Of a DNA stretch of 51,587 nucleotides, positions 30,378 to 41,345 are shown one piece after another. Each line of letters opens with the position of its first letter. Position 1 is the first letter of the stretch. A program made the position numbers and the translations under genes. The notes under the pieces were generated by a model. That model was not told the DNA's origin. It ran no database searches and worked only from the letters and a program-made list of their open reading frames with translations. Source of the DNA: Candidatus Dadabacteria bacterium (lineage in GTDB: Bacteria; Desulfobacterota_D; UBA1144; Nemesobacterales; CSP1-2); assembly GCA_023250035.1 (NCBI GenBank), contig JAHFBK010000001.1, positions 1,928 to 53,514 on the forward strand, read 5' to 3'.

Positions 30378-30722
30378 TCAACCTGGAGGCCAAGTCATGC
30401 GCCTCCCACCCAAAAGGTGAACATGAACATGCCAGACCATCTGTCCGCTTTGCGCCCCACAGTTTATAACGAGCCTAAATCCCCTGTCACTGACGTTGAG
30501 ATTGTTTGCTACGTTATTCGCAACATAGATGAGATGCCCGAGAAGCTCCTTATCTTCTTCAGTTGCTTCAACAACTGTACGTAGGTGTTTCTTTGGAATT
30601 ATCAAGATGTGTGTTGGTGCCTGAGGATTTATATCCTTAAACGCAATTGATATATCATCTTCATAAATTATTAAAGCAGGTGCTTTTTTCTCAGCGATTT
30701 TACAGAAAATACAATCCTTCAT
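30378..30722 (-). CDS. HIT-family (histidine triad) nucleotide hydrolase
   Basis: CIFCKI at the N-terminus and the histidine triad HVHVHLLGG. Confidence 0.92.
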   Translation of the reverse strand: MKDCIFCKIAEKKAPALIIYEDDISIAFKDINPQAPTHILIIPKKHLRTVVEATEEDKELLGHLIYVANNVANNLNVSDRGFRLVINCGAQSGQMVWHVHVHLLGGRRMTWPPG

Positions 30723-30949
30723 CTATGATCCTGTTGTATTATATCATAAGACTTAATACTGCTAGATGATTTGAAAAAAGTAGCCTTACTAACGTATCAG
30801 TTATATAATTAATAGCTGGGATTTTCGATAATTCTAATATTTAAACCTAGGCCTATAATATAAAGGTAATTTTAAATTCAATAGGTTATTGGTAATAATT
30901 ACTATATGGTATTCTCTTGATTTAAGATCATAGTTATTGTAATATTGAT

Positions 30950-30962
30950 ATTGAATTTCAAT
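30950..30962. promoter_or_regulatory. Perfect 13-nt palindrome ATTGAA-T-TTCAAT 20 nt upstream of fur (candidate operator)
   Basis: Read directly: ATTGAATTTCAAT at 30950-30962, just before the GGGGGA ribosome-binding region of fur. Confidence 0.3.
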
Positions 30963-30981
30963 TTGTGAAGGGGGAACTGAA

Positions 30982-31452
30982 ATGCAGCTTTCGAAGGCAA
31001 CACCAAAGTCAGAGAGAAAAAAAGCATTAGATGAGTATATATTGAAAAAACGCCTCAAATCTACGAAGCAAAGGGATATTATCTTTGACGAGTTTTTTAA
31101 TTATCCCGGTCAGCATGTGACGGTAGAAGAGCTTTACGAAAAGCTTAAAAAACAGAACCCAAAGATAGGCTACGCAACAGTTTATAGAACGCTAAAGTTG
31201 TTTAAAGAGTGTAGACTAGCCTTTGAAAGAAATTTTGGAGATGGGAGGGCTCGTTATGAGCCTGTTAAGTTTGAAGGCGAACACCATGATCACCTTATTT
31301 GCATTGGATGTGGAAGGATAATAGAGTTTGCCAATTTAAGAATTGAGCAATATTCAAGAGAGGTTGCAAAGTTAAACGATTTTGAGGTATTAAACCATAA
31401 ACTTGAACTTTATGGTTATTGCTCATCATGTACACGAAAAAGGGACAAATAA
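30982..31452 (+). CDS. fur: Fur-family metalloregulator (Fur/Zur/PerR not resolved)
   Basis: Winged helix (GYATVYRTLKLF), the metal site HHDHLIC..CG, and C-terminal CSSC. Confidence 0.88.
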   Translation: MQLSKATPKSERKKALDEYILKKRLKSTKQRDIIFDEFFNYPGQHVTVEELYEKLKKQNPKIGYATVYRTLKLFKECRLAFERNFGDGRARYEPVKFEGEHHDHLICIGCGRIIEFANLRIEQYSREVAKLNDFEVLNHKLELYGYCSSCTRKRDK

Positions 31453-31619
31453 ACCTAAGCACACTCGAGTCTGATATTTATATAAGTCCATACCCTTTAG
31501 CACTATTTGATTCGAATCGAGATCTTCTTCATGAGAATTACTTTTCTATATCGACTACATAAATCTAACTCAATTATATAGGCGTTATAGCGCTGAGTGA
31601 TTGAAAATATAACTCGAAT

Positions 31620-32060
31620 CTATCTTTCAAGTATTACAACAGCAACAGAGTATTCAACATCATGTGATATTGAAATATGAATTGAGTTTACGCCCAATAG
31701 CTCTGTTGATCGCTTCGCTTTTCCGTGAAGATTAATATAAGGTTTTCCATTTTCATCTCGTAGGACTTCGACATCATGAATTCGCATATTACCTTTGAAA
31801 CCTTTTCCTAGGGCTTTAAAAAAGGCCTCTTTTACCGCGAAGTTTGCCGCAAAATGCTCGTAGCTTCTATTGTAACCTTCAGAATATTCTATTTCACTTT
31901 CGGAGAAAGCCCTCTTTTTAAACTTGTCTCCCCACTTTTTTATAATTCCTTCTATTCTAGGGATATTTACAAGGTCAACACCTATACCTAAGATCATATT
32001 CGTGAATCGGGTATGGTGACTCGGGTATCGTGTATTATCGAACCACGAATCACGAGCCAC
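31620..32060 (-). CDS. acpS: Holo-[acyl-carrier-protein] synthase
   Basis: MILGIGVDLVNIPRIE is the canonical AcpS N-terminus, so the real start is almost certainly ATG 31997. The 21 upstream codons of the track ORF translate a repeat-like spacer. Confidence 0.9.
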   Translation of the reverse strand: MARDSWFDNTRYPSHHTRFTNMILGIGVDLVNIPRIEGIIKKWGDKFKKRAFSESEIEYSEGYNRSYEHFAANFAVKEAFFKALGKGFKGNMRIHDVEVLRDENGKPYINLHGKAKRSTELLGVNSIHISISHDVEYSVAVVILER

Positions 32061-32066
32061 GCACCC

Positions 32067-32780
32067 TCATTTACATAGCTCAAGCATCTCCCTTACAGCC
32101 CTTTCAACACCTACAAAAACTGAGCGAGCTATGATGCTATGGCCTATATTGAGTTCCTCTATTCCTACTATGCTGGAAATACTTTTCACATTTATGTAGT
32201 TCAAGCCATGTCCAGCAGCAACCTTCAATCCTTGTTCAAGTGTAGTTTTAACAGCCTCTTCGATTTTTTTAAATTCCTTTTCCCTCTTATCATAAATCTT
32301 AGCCTCTGTATATCCACCTGTATGAATCTCAAGCATGTCAGCTTTAGTAACCTTTGCAGATTTAATCTGCTTGATATCAGGATCTATAAAAAGACTTACA
32401 AACAGGCCTTTTTCCTTAAGGTCTCCCACAACTCTCAATAACTGCTCGGTATTAGCTAAGACATCTAGTCCGCCTTCGGTTGTTATTTCTTGTCTTTTTT
32501 CAGGCACTAGCGTTACCATATCTGGCTTTACTTCTAATGCGATCTCCATCATCTCTCGGGTTGGTGCCATTTCTAAGTTGAGTTTTGTTTTCACAGTTTG
32601 TCTAAGGATTCTTAGATCCCTATCTTGAATATGCCTTCTGTCTTCTCTAAGATGAACAACTATCCCATTTGCCCCGGCAAGCTCTGCCAAATAGGCAGCA
32701 AAAACAGGGTCTGGTTCTATCCCTCCTCTTGCCTGCCTAACTGTAGCTACATGGTCTATGTTTACATTCAATCTCGGCAT
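32067..32780 (-). CDS. pdxJ: Pyridoxine 5'-phosphate synthase
   Basis: Motifs [25 protein letters not shown] and AGHGLNY. Confidence 0.95.
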   Translation of the reverse strand: MPRLNVNIDHVATVRQARGGIEPDPVFAAYLAELAGANGIVVHLREDRRHIQDRDLRILRQTVKTKLNLEMAPTREMMEIALEVKPDMVTLVPEKRQEITTEGGLDVLANTEQLLRVVGDLKEKGLFVSLFIDPDIKQIKSAKVTKADMLEIHTGGYTEAKIYDKREKEFKKIEEAVKTTLEQGLKVAAGHGLNYINVKSISSIVGIEELNIGHSIIARSVFVGVERAVREMLELCK

Positions 32781-32823
32781 GTCTACTTATTTCAATTGAG
32801 TACACACTGTGGATATAACTATA

Positions 32824-34197
32824 TTACTCTCCTATAGCTTGTTGAATTTTATAAGCTATTTCTTCAGCTACTTCATAGACTAACGCTTCATCCTCACCTT
32901 CCACCATAATACGTGCGAGTGATTCTGTGCCAGAATACCTTAGGTTTATTCTACCTCGTTCTTTGAGTCTTTGTTCAGATAGCAAAAGCAAATCCTCCAA
33001 CTGTGGTATATCTTGAAAAGGTTTTTTCTCTCTAACCTTTACATTCAGCAACACCTGAGGATAGAGTTCAATTATTTTAGCAAGCTCTGAGAGTTTTTTT
33101 TCCTTTCGTTTCATTACTGCTAGTAATTGAAGAGCTGCTAGCGTACCATCTCCCGTTGTAGTATGATCTAGAAATATCATATGCCCTGACTTCTCACCTC
33201 CGAAATTACAACCCCTTATCCTCATCTCCTCTACGACGTATCTATCCCCTACAGGTGTTCTAATAACTATTCCTCCCTTTTCTCGTATGAAGGTCTCAAG
33301 GGACATATTGCTCATAATCGTCGTAACAACGGTGTTTTTTTGGAGTTTGTTATTTCTTATCATTTCGTCAGCCGTTATTGCAATTACTATATCCCCGTCT
33401 ACTTCTTCACCTTTTTCATCACAGAATATAACCCTATCGGCATCGCCATCTAATGCTATTCCCAGATCTGCACCAGTATCCTTAACCTTGTGTTTGAGTA
33501 GTTCAGGGTTAATAGAACCACAATCTGTATTAATATTCTTGCCATCAGGTCTAACCCCGATTGTTGTCACCTCGGCCCCGAGTTCTTGAAAAACAATTGG
33601 AGAAACCTTATAAGCCGCTCCATTAGCGCAGTCAAGAACAATTTTAAGTCCTTCAAGGGTAAGATCCTTTGGGAATGTATTCTTTACAAATACAACATAC
33701 CTTCCCTGAGCATCGTCGAGTCTCCAAGCCTTTCCTATATCTGAAGGAGGAACATTCAGACGGTTAATTCTATCGCTTAAGACCAATTCCTCTATCTCTA
33801 ATTCTTTTTCATCAGGTAGTTTGAAACCAAATCTGTCGAAGAATTTAATCCCATTATCCACAAATGGGTTATGAGAGGCTGATATTACAACTCCAGCATC
33901 AGCACGCATGCTTACTGTAAGAAATGATATAGCAGGTGTGGGTAGGGGACCAACTAGAAGAACATCTGCTCCCATTGATATAATTCCTGCTGACATTGCC
34001 TGTTCAAACATGTACCCCGATAGCCTTGTATCTTTGCCTATAACTATTCTTGGTCTTTTTGAATCTGTCTTTTCCATTTTAAGTATGTAAGTTAAAGCCT
34101 TACCAAGCTTGAGACTCATCTCAGGAGTCATGGGGTCGCAATTTGCTATTCCTCTTATTCCGTCTGTACCAAAAAGACGCTTACCTGACTCGTTCAA
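32824..34197 (-). CDS. glmM: Phosphoglucosamine mutase
   Basis: Motifs FGTDGIRG, the active-site SASHNP, and DGDADR. The TTG start overlaps the cdaR stop (TTGA). Confidence 0.95.
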   Translation of the reverse strand: MNESGKRLFGTDGIRGIANCDPMTPEMSLKLGKALTYILKMEKTDSKRPRIVIGKDTRLSGYMFEQAMSAGIISMGADVLLVGPLPTPAISFLTVSMRADAGVVISASHNPFVDNGIKFFDRFGFKLPDEKELEIEELVLSDRINRLNVPPSDIGKAWRLDDAQGRYVVFVKNTFPKDLTLEGLKIVLDCANGAAYKVSPIVFQELGAEVTTIGVRPDGKNINTDCGSINPELLKHKVKDTGADLGIALDGDADRVIFCDEKGEEVDGDIVIAITADEMIRNNKLQKNTVVTTIMSNMSLETFIREKGGIVIRTPVGDRYVVEEMRIRGCNFGGEKSGHMIFLDHTTTGDGTLAALQLLAVMKRKEKKLSELAKIIELYPQVLLNVKVREKKPFQDIPQLEDLLLLSEQRLKERGRINLRYSGTESLARIMVEGEDEALVYEVAEEIAYKIQQAIGE

Positions 34198-35252
34198 CCT
34201 CGTTCTCCGATTTTTTCTAATTTAACTTCAATTTCATCGGGTGACTTTTTTTTAAGCACAAGGCTTCCCTTATAAGGATAATCAACATTTACTCTTAATT
34301 TCTGTATCTTTTGCTTTGAGTTTGGCTTAATTTTATTTAGATTGACGAATACATTAATATCATCACTGTTTAGATCCTTAATAATGCTGTAAGGACCCTC
34401 AAATACTATTTCAGCTTTGAGTGGACTACGCAGCTCAAATCTAACTCCGTTATCATTAATTACATTTATGTTTAAGCCCTTGAATTCTTTTGTTACAATT
34501 CTCTCCTGAATATTAACTGTAACTCGAGCAAATCCACCGCCAAGGATATCAACCTTTTGATATGACATTAAGGGAAGTTCTATTGTAAAATTAGATTTCA
34601 CCCCAGTCGTTGATACAAGATCAGTAGATATACTTTCTATTTGAGAAACAATCTTCCTTGGACCACTAATCGTAACCTCAGAAGGTGTTACCTTTGGTTC
34701 ACCAACTACTTCATACCCAGTATCCGGAAGACCAATTATAGGCTTAACAGAGACCTTCTTTTCCATTACTTTGTCTGTATCAATTCTAATTTCTGCAGGG
34801 CTGACTCCAATTACCTGAATCCCCTTTGGCGGCTTTATTTGATCAGTACTAATCTCAAATTTAGAAACCCCTGGGGAAGCATTAGCTAGATCAAATGCAA
34901 AAACAATATCTCGTGGAGAAAGGGACGATAGCTGTGTTCTAGATCCACGAACCCTTAAGTTAAGTGTATGAGGCGGGTCATTCATAATAACAAGGTCGGA
35001 AGGCAGATTCATGTATTGTACATCTACTGATATGCTTTTTTCTACATCCTGTTCCATGTTCGCTGAAAACCAGAGGGCTAATGCAAAGACAACTGCAAGA
35101 ATCTTTTTACCTAGGTTTTTAAATAATAAATCCTTTAAATGCTCAAGATCCCATGAGTTCAACTCAGTCTTAAGCCAATCTACGAACTCATTTAGATTAT
35201 AGCCGTCTTTTCCCATGACTTTTAAATCGTTATTTCTCACAATGATAGCCAA
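34194..35252 (-). CDS. cdaR: YbbR-domain protein (CdaR-like regulator of diadenylate cyclase)
   Basis: One N-terminal TM helix followed by repeated ~85-aa beta-rich YbbR-like modules. The conserved position is between cdaA and glmM. The start is uncertain (TTG 35252 or ATG 35216). Confidence 0.8.
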   Translation of the reverse strand: MAIIVRNNDLKVMGKDGYNLNEFVDWLKTELNSWDLEHLKDLLFKNLGKKILAVVFALALWFSANMEQDVEKSISVDVQYMNLPSDLVIMNDPPHTLNLRVRGSRTQLSSLSPRDIVFAFDLANASPGVSKFEISTDQIKPPKGIQVIGVSPAEIRIDTDKVMEKKVSVKPIIGLPDTGYEVVGEPKVTPSEVTISGPRKIVSQIESISTDLVSTTGVKSNFTIELPLMSYQKVDILGGGFARVTVNIQERIVTKEFKGLNINVINDNGVRFELRSPLKAEIVFEGPYSIIKDLNSDDINVFVNLNKIKPNSKQKIQKLRVNVDYPYKGSLVLKKKSPDEIEVKLEKIGERG

Positions 35253-35356
35253 GGCCCTAAAATGGGCTACATTGGTTAAAGAGAAATATATAAAAGCTTA
35301 AGTAACTCTACTTTATTAAAATCTGCAAATGGCCCAATAAAAAGGATAAATGCTGC

Positions 35357-36190
35357 CTAGACACTTGTTTTTCCAGCCTGTTTCCTGCGTAAAATACGAC
35401 TAAATATTCTTTGCCTATCTGTTTGTCCTCTTTTAATCTCGAGCAGGTCAAGTAGGCGATTGTTGAGTGATGTAGCATCGAGTCCTCTAGTAAGATTGCC
35501 CTGGAACGCAAGGGATATTGTCCCTGTTTCCTCTGAAACTACAACGACAACGGCGTCCGTCTCTCTTGCAAGCCCGATTGCTGCTCGATGTCTTGTACCC
35601 AGTTCCCTTTCCAAATCTGGATCAGTCGCAAGTGGGAAAAAAGAGCCTACAGATAGTATCTTATTTCGCCCTATAATCACCCCACCATCGTGAAGTGGTG
35701 AAGTCGGATTGAATATGCTTATAATCAGTTCTCTTGATACCCATGCATCAACCCTCATGCCAATTTCAACAAAGTCTGCAAGGCTGTTTTTTCTTTCGAT
35801 TGCGATAAGTGCACCAACCTGGCGATTTGATAAAAAGCTTGTTGCCTTTACGATTTCGTCAACAACAAGCTCCTCTGATTTTCCGTGGTATATTTTCAGA
35901 ACAAGCGGGTTCCCGCCAAAGGCTGCGAGGGCTCTCCGAATATCCTGTTGAAACAGAATTACCGCAATTAGTATTATAGACCCAAGGAAATGGCCCAGTA
36001 CCCAGTTTAATGTGTAGAGTTCCCATCTCTGTGAAAGAAAATAAAGCACAAAAACTGCTGCAAGACCAAAAAGCATTTGAACCGCACGTGTTCCCTCAAT
36101 CAGGCTTAAAAGATAATAAATAATCAGGGCAACGATTATAATATCAATCGTGTCCCAAAAGTATCTGAAATTAGAGATTGCATCTAACAT
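35357..36190 (-). CDS. cdaA: Membrane-bound diadenylate cyclase CdaA (c-di-AMP synthase)
   Basis: Three N-terminal TM helices and a DAC domain with DGGVII, GTRHRAA and VVVVVSEETG. Confidence 0.92.
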   Translation of the reverse strand: MLDAISNFRYFWDTIDIIIVALIIYYLLSLIEGTRAVQMLFGLAAVFVLYFLSQRWELYTLNWVLGHFLGSIILIAVILFQQDIRRALAAFGGNPLVLKIYHGKSEELVVDEIVKATSFLSNRQVGALIAIERKNSLADFVEIGMRVDAWVSRELIISIFNPTSPLHDGGVIIGRNKILSVGSFFPLATDPDLERELGTRHRAAIGLARETDAVVVVVSEETGTISLAFQGNLTRGLDATSLNNRLLDLLEIKRGQTDRQRIFSRILRRKQAGKTSV

Positions 36191-36225
36191 TGTTGAATTC
36201 CTTCTTGAATCCCTTATAAAAATTC

Positions 36226-37152
36226 TTAATTGAAGTTTGCACTCATAACTTCATCTACTATCTTAGCTACTCGCTTCATATAAAGCACATCGTGAACCCT
36301 AACAATCGAGGCGCCATTCATAATGCCTATCGCAACAGTTGCAGCAGTTCCCTCTATTCGATCTTCTACTGAAGCTCGAAGAACTCTTCCGATAAAGGAC
36401 TTACGTGACGTTCCTATGAGGATCGGCTTATCTAATACAAGAAACTCGCTAAGGTGCTTTAGAAGAGTAAAATTATGCTCTACTCTTTTCCCAAATCCAA
36501 AACCAGGGTCGACTATAATGCTTTTCTCGTTAACCCCATAGCTTTCTGCTATTTCAATAGATCTATTAAGAGAATTAATGACATCAGGAATAAACGATTT
36601 ATATTCAGTCTTAAGCTGCATATCATAGGGATGAGAGCTTGTATGCATTAAAACGAGTCCTGCTCCCCATTTTGCTGCTATCTGAGCAACCTCCGGGTTA
36701 AACTTAAGCCCACTTATATCGTTGATTATTGACGCTCCTTCTCCCAAAGCCTCTTCAGCTACTCTAGGCTTAGTTGTGTCTATTGATAGAATTACATCAA
36801 ACCGTTTCATAGCTTCTTTTATAATTGGAACTACACGCCTGAGTTCTTCTTCCTCTGTAACCCCAAGTGACCCAGGTCTAGTTGATTCTCCTCCGATGTC
36901 TATAATATCCGCCCCTTCATTCGTCATTTTATCAATCTGTATAAGTGCTTCATCCGAGTTAAGAAACCTCCCGCCATCATAAAATGAATCCGGGGTAACA
37001 TTTAGAATGCCCATGATAAATGTTCTTGAACCCAGGTGTAATTCTCTATCCTTACATTTAAAAGTATATTTTCTTTGAATAAAGTAGCTTTCTTCATAAT
37101 TCAATGCTTCGCGTTTAAATTGGCTATTAGTATTTGAATTATATTTATCCAT
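36226..37152 (-). CDS. folP: Dihydropteroate synthase
   Basis: Pterin-binding barrel motifs GILNVTPDSF, DIGGESTRPG, INDISG and DPGFGFGK. There is an ~40-aa N-terminal extension relative to the minimal enzyme. Confidence 0.92.
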   Translation of the reverse strand: MDKYNSNTNSQFKREALNYEESYFIQRKYTFKCKDRELHLGSRTFIMGILNVTPDSFYDGGRFLNSDEALIQIDKMTNEGADIIDIGGESTRPGSLGVTEEEELRRVVPIIKEAMKRFDVILSIDTTKPRVAEEALGEGASIINDISGLKFNPEVAQIAAKWGAGLVLMHTSSHPYDMQLKTEYKSFIPDVINSLNRSIEIAESYGVNEKSIIVDPGFGFGKRVEHNFTLLKHLSEFLVLDKPILIGTSRKSFIGRVLRASVEDRIEGTAATVAIGIMNGASIVRVHDVLYMKRVAKIVDEVMSANFN

Positions 37153-37250
37153 TACAACCTTTTTTAATCTTTATGACGATCTATCCAAGTTGAAACTTTA
37201 CCAGGATGACAAGTAGTCTTGATAAGATTTTTCTTAAACAACTTTGACTT

Positions 37251-39134
37251 TTAGGAATCCTCAACGTTAGATCGCCGGGCTACCGCTTCTTTTGCGCTAA
37301 GTGAGCCTTCCAACGAAGTGTATTCAGGCCGCCTTTGCTTTACGAGCTCATCTAGCTCTTTACCATCTACCACTTCTCTTTCGAGAAGCACTTCTGCAAG
37401 CTTATGAAGGAGGTCAATATTCTCCTCAAGGATTGCTTTTGCCCTTTTGTAATTTTCTGTAACTATTCTCCTTATTTCCTTGTCAATTTCTAGCGCCGTA
37501 GCTTCACTATAGTCTTTATGCCGCGCAAGCTCTTTGCCAAGAAAGATTAGCTCTTCTCTTTTTCCAAATGTTACTGGTCCTACCTTATCACTCATTCCCC
37601 ATTCACACACCATCTTACGAGCGATCTCTGTTGCCCTCTCAAGGTCGTTTCCCGCACCACTAGTCTGGTCTCCGAATATTATTTCTTCTGCAGCCCTGCC
37701 ACCAAGAAGGACAGTAATTGAATTATTAAGATAAGTTTTTGAAAGTGTATATTTATCTTCTAAAGGAAGCTGTTGAGTCACTCCAAGTGCAAGTCCTCTT
37801 GGGATGATAGTTACCTTATGGATTGGATCTGTTCCTGGGGTGAGCTTAGCAACAAGCGCGTGCCCACCTTCATGGTACGCAGTTATCTTCTTCTCAGCAT
37901 CACTAATTATAAGGCTTTTTCTCTCAACTCCCATCAGCACTTTATCCTTAGCAAACTCAAAATCCTGCATCGATATCTTTGTCCTTCCAACGTGGGCTGC
38001 TCGGAGGGCTGACTCATTTACCAAGTTTTCAAGGTCGGCACCTGAAAAACCAGGTGTTGATCGTGCGACTGTAGTGAGATTAATATCGTTCTCAAGCGGA
38101 GTGTCTCTTGTATGAACCTTAAGTATCTCTTCCCTTCCTCTTACATCTGGTCTTGGGACCACTACTTGCCTATCAAACCTTCCAGGACGAAGGAGAGCCG
38201 GGTCTAATACATCAGGGCGGTTAGTTGCAGATATAACTATAATTCCCTCATTTGGCTCAAACCCATCCATCTCGACGAGAAGTTGATTAAGAGTCTGTTC
38301 CCTTTCATCGTGTCCACCCCCAAGCCCAGCTCCACGATGGCGACCTACAGCATCAAGCTCATCAACGAAAACAATGCAAGGCACATGACGTTTTGCCTGC
38401 ATAAAAAGATCGCGCACCCTGGATGCGCCAACCCCAACAAACATCTCTACAAAATCGCTACCACTAATTATAAAGAATGGCACACCCGCTTCTCCTGCTA
38501 TGGCTTTTGCAAGGAGTGTTTTTCCCGTACCTGGGGGGCCAACGAGAAGCACACCCTTTGGTATTCTACCCCCAAGGCGTGTGAATTTCTTTGGGTTCTT
38601 TAAGAACTCTACGATTTCTTGAACCTCTTCCTTGGCCTCATCAATTCCTGCGACGTCTTTAAATGTGGTTTTATTCTGGTTTTCTGAAACCATTCTGGCG
38701 CGGCTTCTTCCAAACGACATGGCTTTAGTACCACCAGCTTGGAGCTGTCTCATAAATAGGACCATAATGACTACCAAAAGGATAAGCGGCGCCCAGTTAA
38801 ATAGGATTTGCATTAGGGAACCCTCTTTTTGCTCTTTGAAGCTGAATACTATGCCTTTTGTCTTGAGGGTTGAGATAAGATCCTCGTTTGCTGGTCCTAC
38901 GGTTTTAAAGCCTGTTTTAGATTTCTCTTTATTAGCTTCGTATGCTTCTATTTCATCCCCTTTAAATGCAACCTCCTTGATTTCTCCCCGCTCTAACCTT
39001 GCAAGAAAATCACTGTATCCGATTTTGTCATAGGTGATTTGTGGACTCAGACTCTTAACGAATTGCCATAATGCAACAACAGTTACAAAAATTACCAGCC
39101 AAAGTATTAGATTTTTAAAAAGCTGTCCGCCCAC
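37251..39134 (-). CDS. ftsH: ATP-dependent zinc metalloprotease FtsH
   Basis: Two TM helices, an AAA+ module with GPPGTGKT and DELD, the SRH region, and HEGGHA; GTG start. Confidence 0.97.
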   Translation of the reverse strand: MGGQLFKNLILWLVIFVTVVALWQFVKSLSPQITYDKIGYSDFLARLERGEIKEVAFKGDEIEAYEANKEKSKTGFKTVGPANEDLISTLKTKGIVFSFKEQKEGSLMQILFNWAPLILLVVIMVLFMRQLQAGGTKAMSFGRSRARMVSENQNKTTFKDVAGIDEAKEEVQEIVEFLKNPKKFTRLGGRIPKGVLLVGPPGTGKTLLAKAIAGEAGVPFFIISGSDFVEMFVGVGASRVRDLFMQAKRHVPCIVFVDELDAVGRHRGAGLGGGHDEREQTLNQLLVEMDGFEPNEGIIVISATNRPDVLDPALLRPGRFDRQVVVPRPDVRGREEILKVHTRDTPLENDINLTTVARSTPGFSGADLENLVNESALRAAHVGRTKISMQDFEFAKDKVLMGVERKSLIISDAEKKITAYHEGGHALVAKLTPGTDPIHKVTIIPRGLALGVTQQLPLEDKYTLSKTYLNNSITVLLGGRAAEEIIFGDQTSGAGNDLERATEIARKMVCEWGMSDKVGPVTFGKREELIFLGKELARHKDYSEATALEIDKEIRRIVTENYKRAKAILEENIDLLHKLAEVLLEREVVDGKELDELVKQRRPEYTSLEGSLSAKEAVARRSNVEDS

Positions 39135-39217
39135 ATTTACCTCTTTTAAATAGACTATTTGCTAAAAAAGATAACACACTGAAATCTCGATTTCAACATT
39201 TTGTCGGTCACAGATTC

Positions 39218-40162
39218 TTAGTTGTCGTATTCGTTTTCACTAAAAATTCCAGTACTTAAATACCTCTCTCCAGTATCGCAGAATATCGTTACAACTTGCC
39301 TATTGTTACCTAGCCTTTCAGCAACCTTCACAGCCGCAAGTGCAGCAGCACCCGCTGATATACCAACTAAAAGTCCCTCCTTACGTGAGATGAGCTTTGT
39401 AAACCTTTTTGCTTCTCCCCCTGTTATTTTTATTACCTCATCATATATCTTTGTATTAAGAACCTCGGGAACAAATCCAGCACCGATTCCTTGAATATCA
39501 TGGACGTTCGCGTTACCACCTGAAAGTACAGCCGATTCAGCAGGTTCAACTGCCACTATGTGAATGTTTGGGAATTTCTTTCGAAGTATTTCTCCTACCC
39601 CAGTTATCGTTCCTCCAGTTCCAACACCAGCTACAAAAGCATGAATTTCTCCCGGAATCTGTTTTAAGATTTCAGGTCCTGTCGTTAATCTATGGATCTC
39701 AGGATTATGTGGGTTTTTGAATTGCTGGGGCATAAAAGCATTTTTATTTCCCAGTACGATTTCTTCGGCTTTATTGACAGCGCCTTCCATTTTCTCATTA
39801 GCCGGTGTTAGAACAAGTTCAGCTCCATATGCCGCAAGAAGTATTCTTCTTTCTAAACTCATATCTTCAGGCATCGTGAGAATTAAGCTATATCCTTTTA
39901 CAGCGCAAATAAGAGCGAGCCCGATTCCGGTATTTCCGCTGGTAGGTTCAACAATTACGCTGCTGCCGGGCCTTATTTTTCCTTCTTTCTCAGCCGCTTC
40001 AATCATACTGAGACAAATTCTATCCTTAACGCTACCAGCGATATTGAGGTTTTCGAGCTTTGCCCAAACCGTGGCTACTCCTTTTGGAACAACCTTATTT
40101 AGCTTAATTACAGGGGTGTCACCAACTAGACTTAATATGTCATCTACAACGTTTTTACTCAT
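39218..40162 (-). CDS. cysK: Cysteine synthase A (O-acetylserine sulfhydrylase)
   Basis: PLP-Lys context GSVKDR, the Asn loop TSGNTG, and GVGTGGT. Confidence 0.93.
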   Translation of the reverse strand: MSKNVVDDILSLVGDTPVIKLNKVVPKGVATVWAKLENLNIAGSVKDRICLSMIEAAEKEGKIRPGSSVIVEPTSGNTGIGLALICAVKGYSLILTMPEDMSLERRILLAAYGAELVLTPANEKMEGAVNKAEEIVLGNKNAFMPQQFKNPHNPEIHRLTTGPEILKQIPGEIHAFVAGVGTGGTITGVGEILRKKFPNIHIVAVEPAESAVLSGGNANVHDIQGIGAGFVPEVLNTKIYDEVIKITGGEAKRFTKLISRKEGLLVGISAGAAALAAVKVAERLGNNRQVVTIFCDTGERYLSTGIFSENEYDN

Positions 40163-40324
40163 TATAATTCCTTGTATATTTTGATGTTCTGATTGAATAG
40201 AAAAGATAATTTAATCATATGGAATGCGTATTTCAAGCAACGTTAATTAAATCTAGGTGGAATAAACTAGTAAAGTGTTATATTTATAGATTAAAATTTT
40301 CTCTTACTTAAATTTTACTTAACG

Positions 40325-41110
40325 ATGAACTACAAGATTTCAAGAAGAAATTATAAAAAGTATACAAACAAGATTTACTACCTTTCCATTTCTTTTCTTG
40401 CCCTCATCGTCGGTTTCAATAAACTGAGTGCTGAGGTAATCGAAGTTAAAGAGGCCGAAGATATTTATCTTAGCTACTATAAGGATTATCAAAATCTTAA
40501 TAGGGCGATCGAAAAACTCGATAATATCTTAGAAAAAAACCCCGACCATATTGAGGCACTAATCCTACTTTCACACGTCTGGTTGACTTATGGAGATGTT
40601 GCCACAAAATACACAAATGAAAAACTTAATGCATATGAAAAGGGTAGGGATATAGCCAAAAAGGCGATTGAACTCTCACCAAAGAATCCCGATGCACATT
40701 TTTGGTACATTGCGAATACTGGCAGATGGGGTCAAACAAAAGGAGTCTTAAGATCCCTTTTTCTAGTTCCTAAGATTAAAGAGGAACTAAATCTTATTCT
40801 TCAATTAAACCCAGAATATGTACCAGCACTCGATGTTTACGGTGTTCTTTACTATGAGCTTCCAAGGTTTTTTGGAGGTGACTTAGAACTCGCTGAAAGG
40901 TATCTTAGAAATGCAATAGAACTTGAACCTCATTTGTCTATACTCAGGGTTGACCTTGCAAGGGTGCTTATAAAAAGACATAGAAACGAAGAAGCAATAA
41001 ATGAGTTAAACAAGGTTTTAGAAGAAAAAGAACCAAAGGTCTATGCAGATTGGTATGTGAAGGATAGAAAAGATGCAGAAGAATTAATAGCAAAGATTAA
41101 AGGAAAATAA
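40325..41110 (+). CDS. TPR-repeat protein with N-terminal signal/anchor
   Basis: A hydrophobic N-terminal segment (IYYLSISFLALIVGF) is followed by several 34-aa TPR-like helical repeats (AIELSPKNPDAHFW, AIELEPH). Confidence 0.7.
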   Translation: MNYKISRRNYKKYTNKIYYLSISFLALIVGFNKLSAEVIEVKEAEDIYLSYYKDYQNLNRAIEKLDNILEKNPDHIEALILLSHVWLTYGDVATKYTNEKLNAYEKGRDIAKKAIELSPKNPDAHFWYIANTGRWGQTKGVLRSLFLVPKIKEELNLILQLNPEYVPALDVYGVLYYELPRFFGGDLELAERYLRNAIELEPHLSILRVDLARVLIKRHRNEEAINELNKVLEEKEPKVYADWYVKDRKDAEELIAKIKGK

Positions 41111-41149
41111 TTAGTGTTTTGCAGAATTGTCAAGTTTTAGTCTATCTCA

Positions 41150-41345
41150 GATGCCACGCCCTTATTATATATTTGCATCCTCAATTGTAAGGGCACGCCG
41201 CAGCGTGCCCTTCATTTCATCCCATTTGTCATTCCCGCACGCTCTAATCGGGAATCCATGTGTTTATTACTTTTTGCAATACAACGTAGCGGCGACCTTT
41301 AGGTCGCCATAAAGAAAAATATGGAAGGCTAAAGCCTTCCGCTAC
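41150..41345. repeat. Array of four different GC-rich hairpins between convergent genes
   Basis: Hairpin 1 is AAGGGCACGC-cgca-GCGTGCCCTT (41189-41212). Hairpin 2 is ATTCCCG-11 nt-CGGGAAT (41231-41255). Hairpin 3 is GGCGACC-ttta-GGTCGCC (41291-41308). Hairpin 4 is GGAAGGC-taaa-GCCTTCC (41323-41340). GTAGCGG (41286-41292) and CCGCTAC (41339-41345) can enclose the last two. Confidence 0.75.

Noticed and set aside
30834-31058. A 74-aa track ORF spanning the HIT/fur spacer and the fur 5' end.
   Set aside because: It overlaps the fur start in antisense, its composition is extremely AT-rich and Tyr/Asn/Ile-biased, and it has no RBS.
41127-41312. The 61-aa track ORF (and likewise 49505..49693, 62 aa).
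   Set aside because: Both are read-throughs of the GC-rich palindromic repeat arrays. They have no RBS, and their sequences are dictated by hairpin symmetry.
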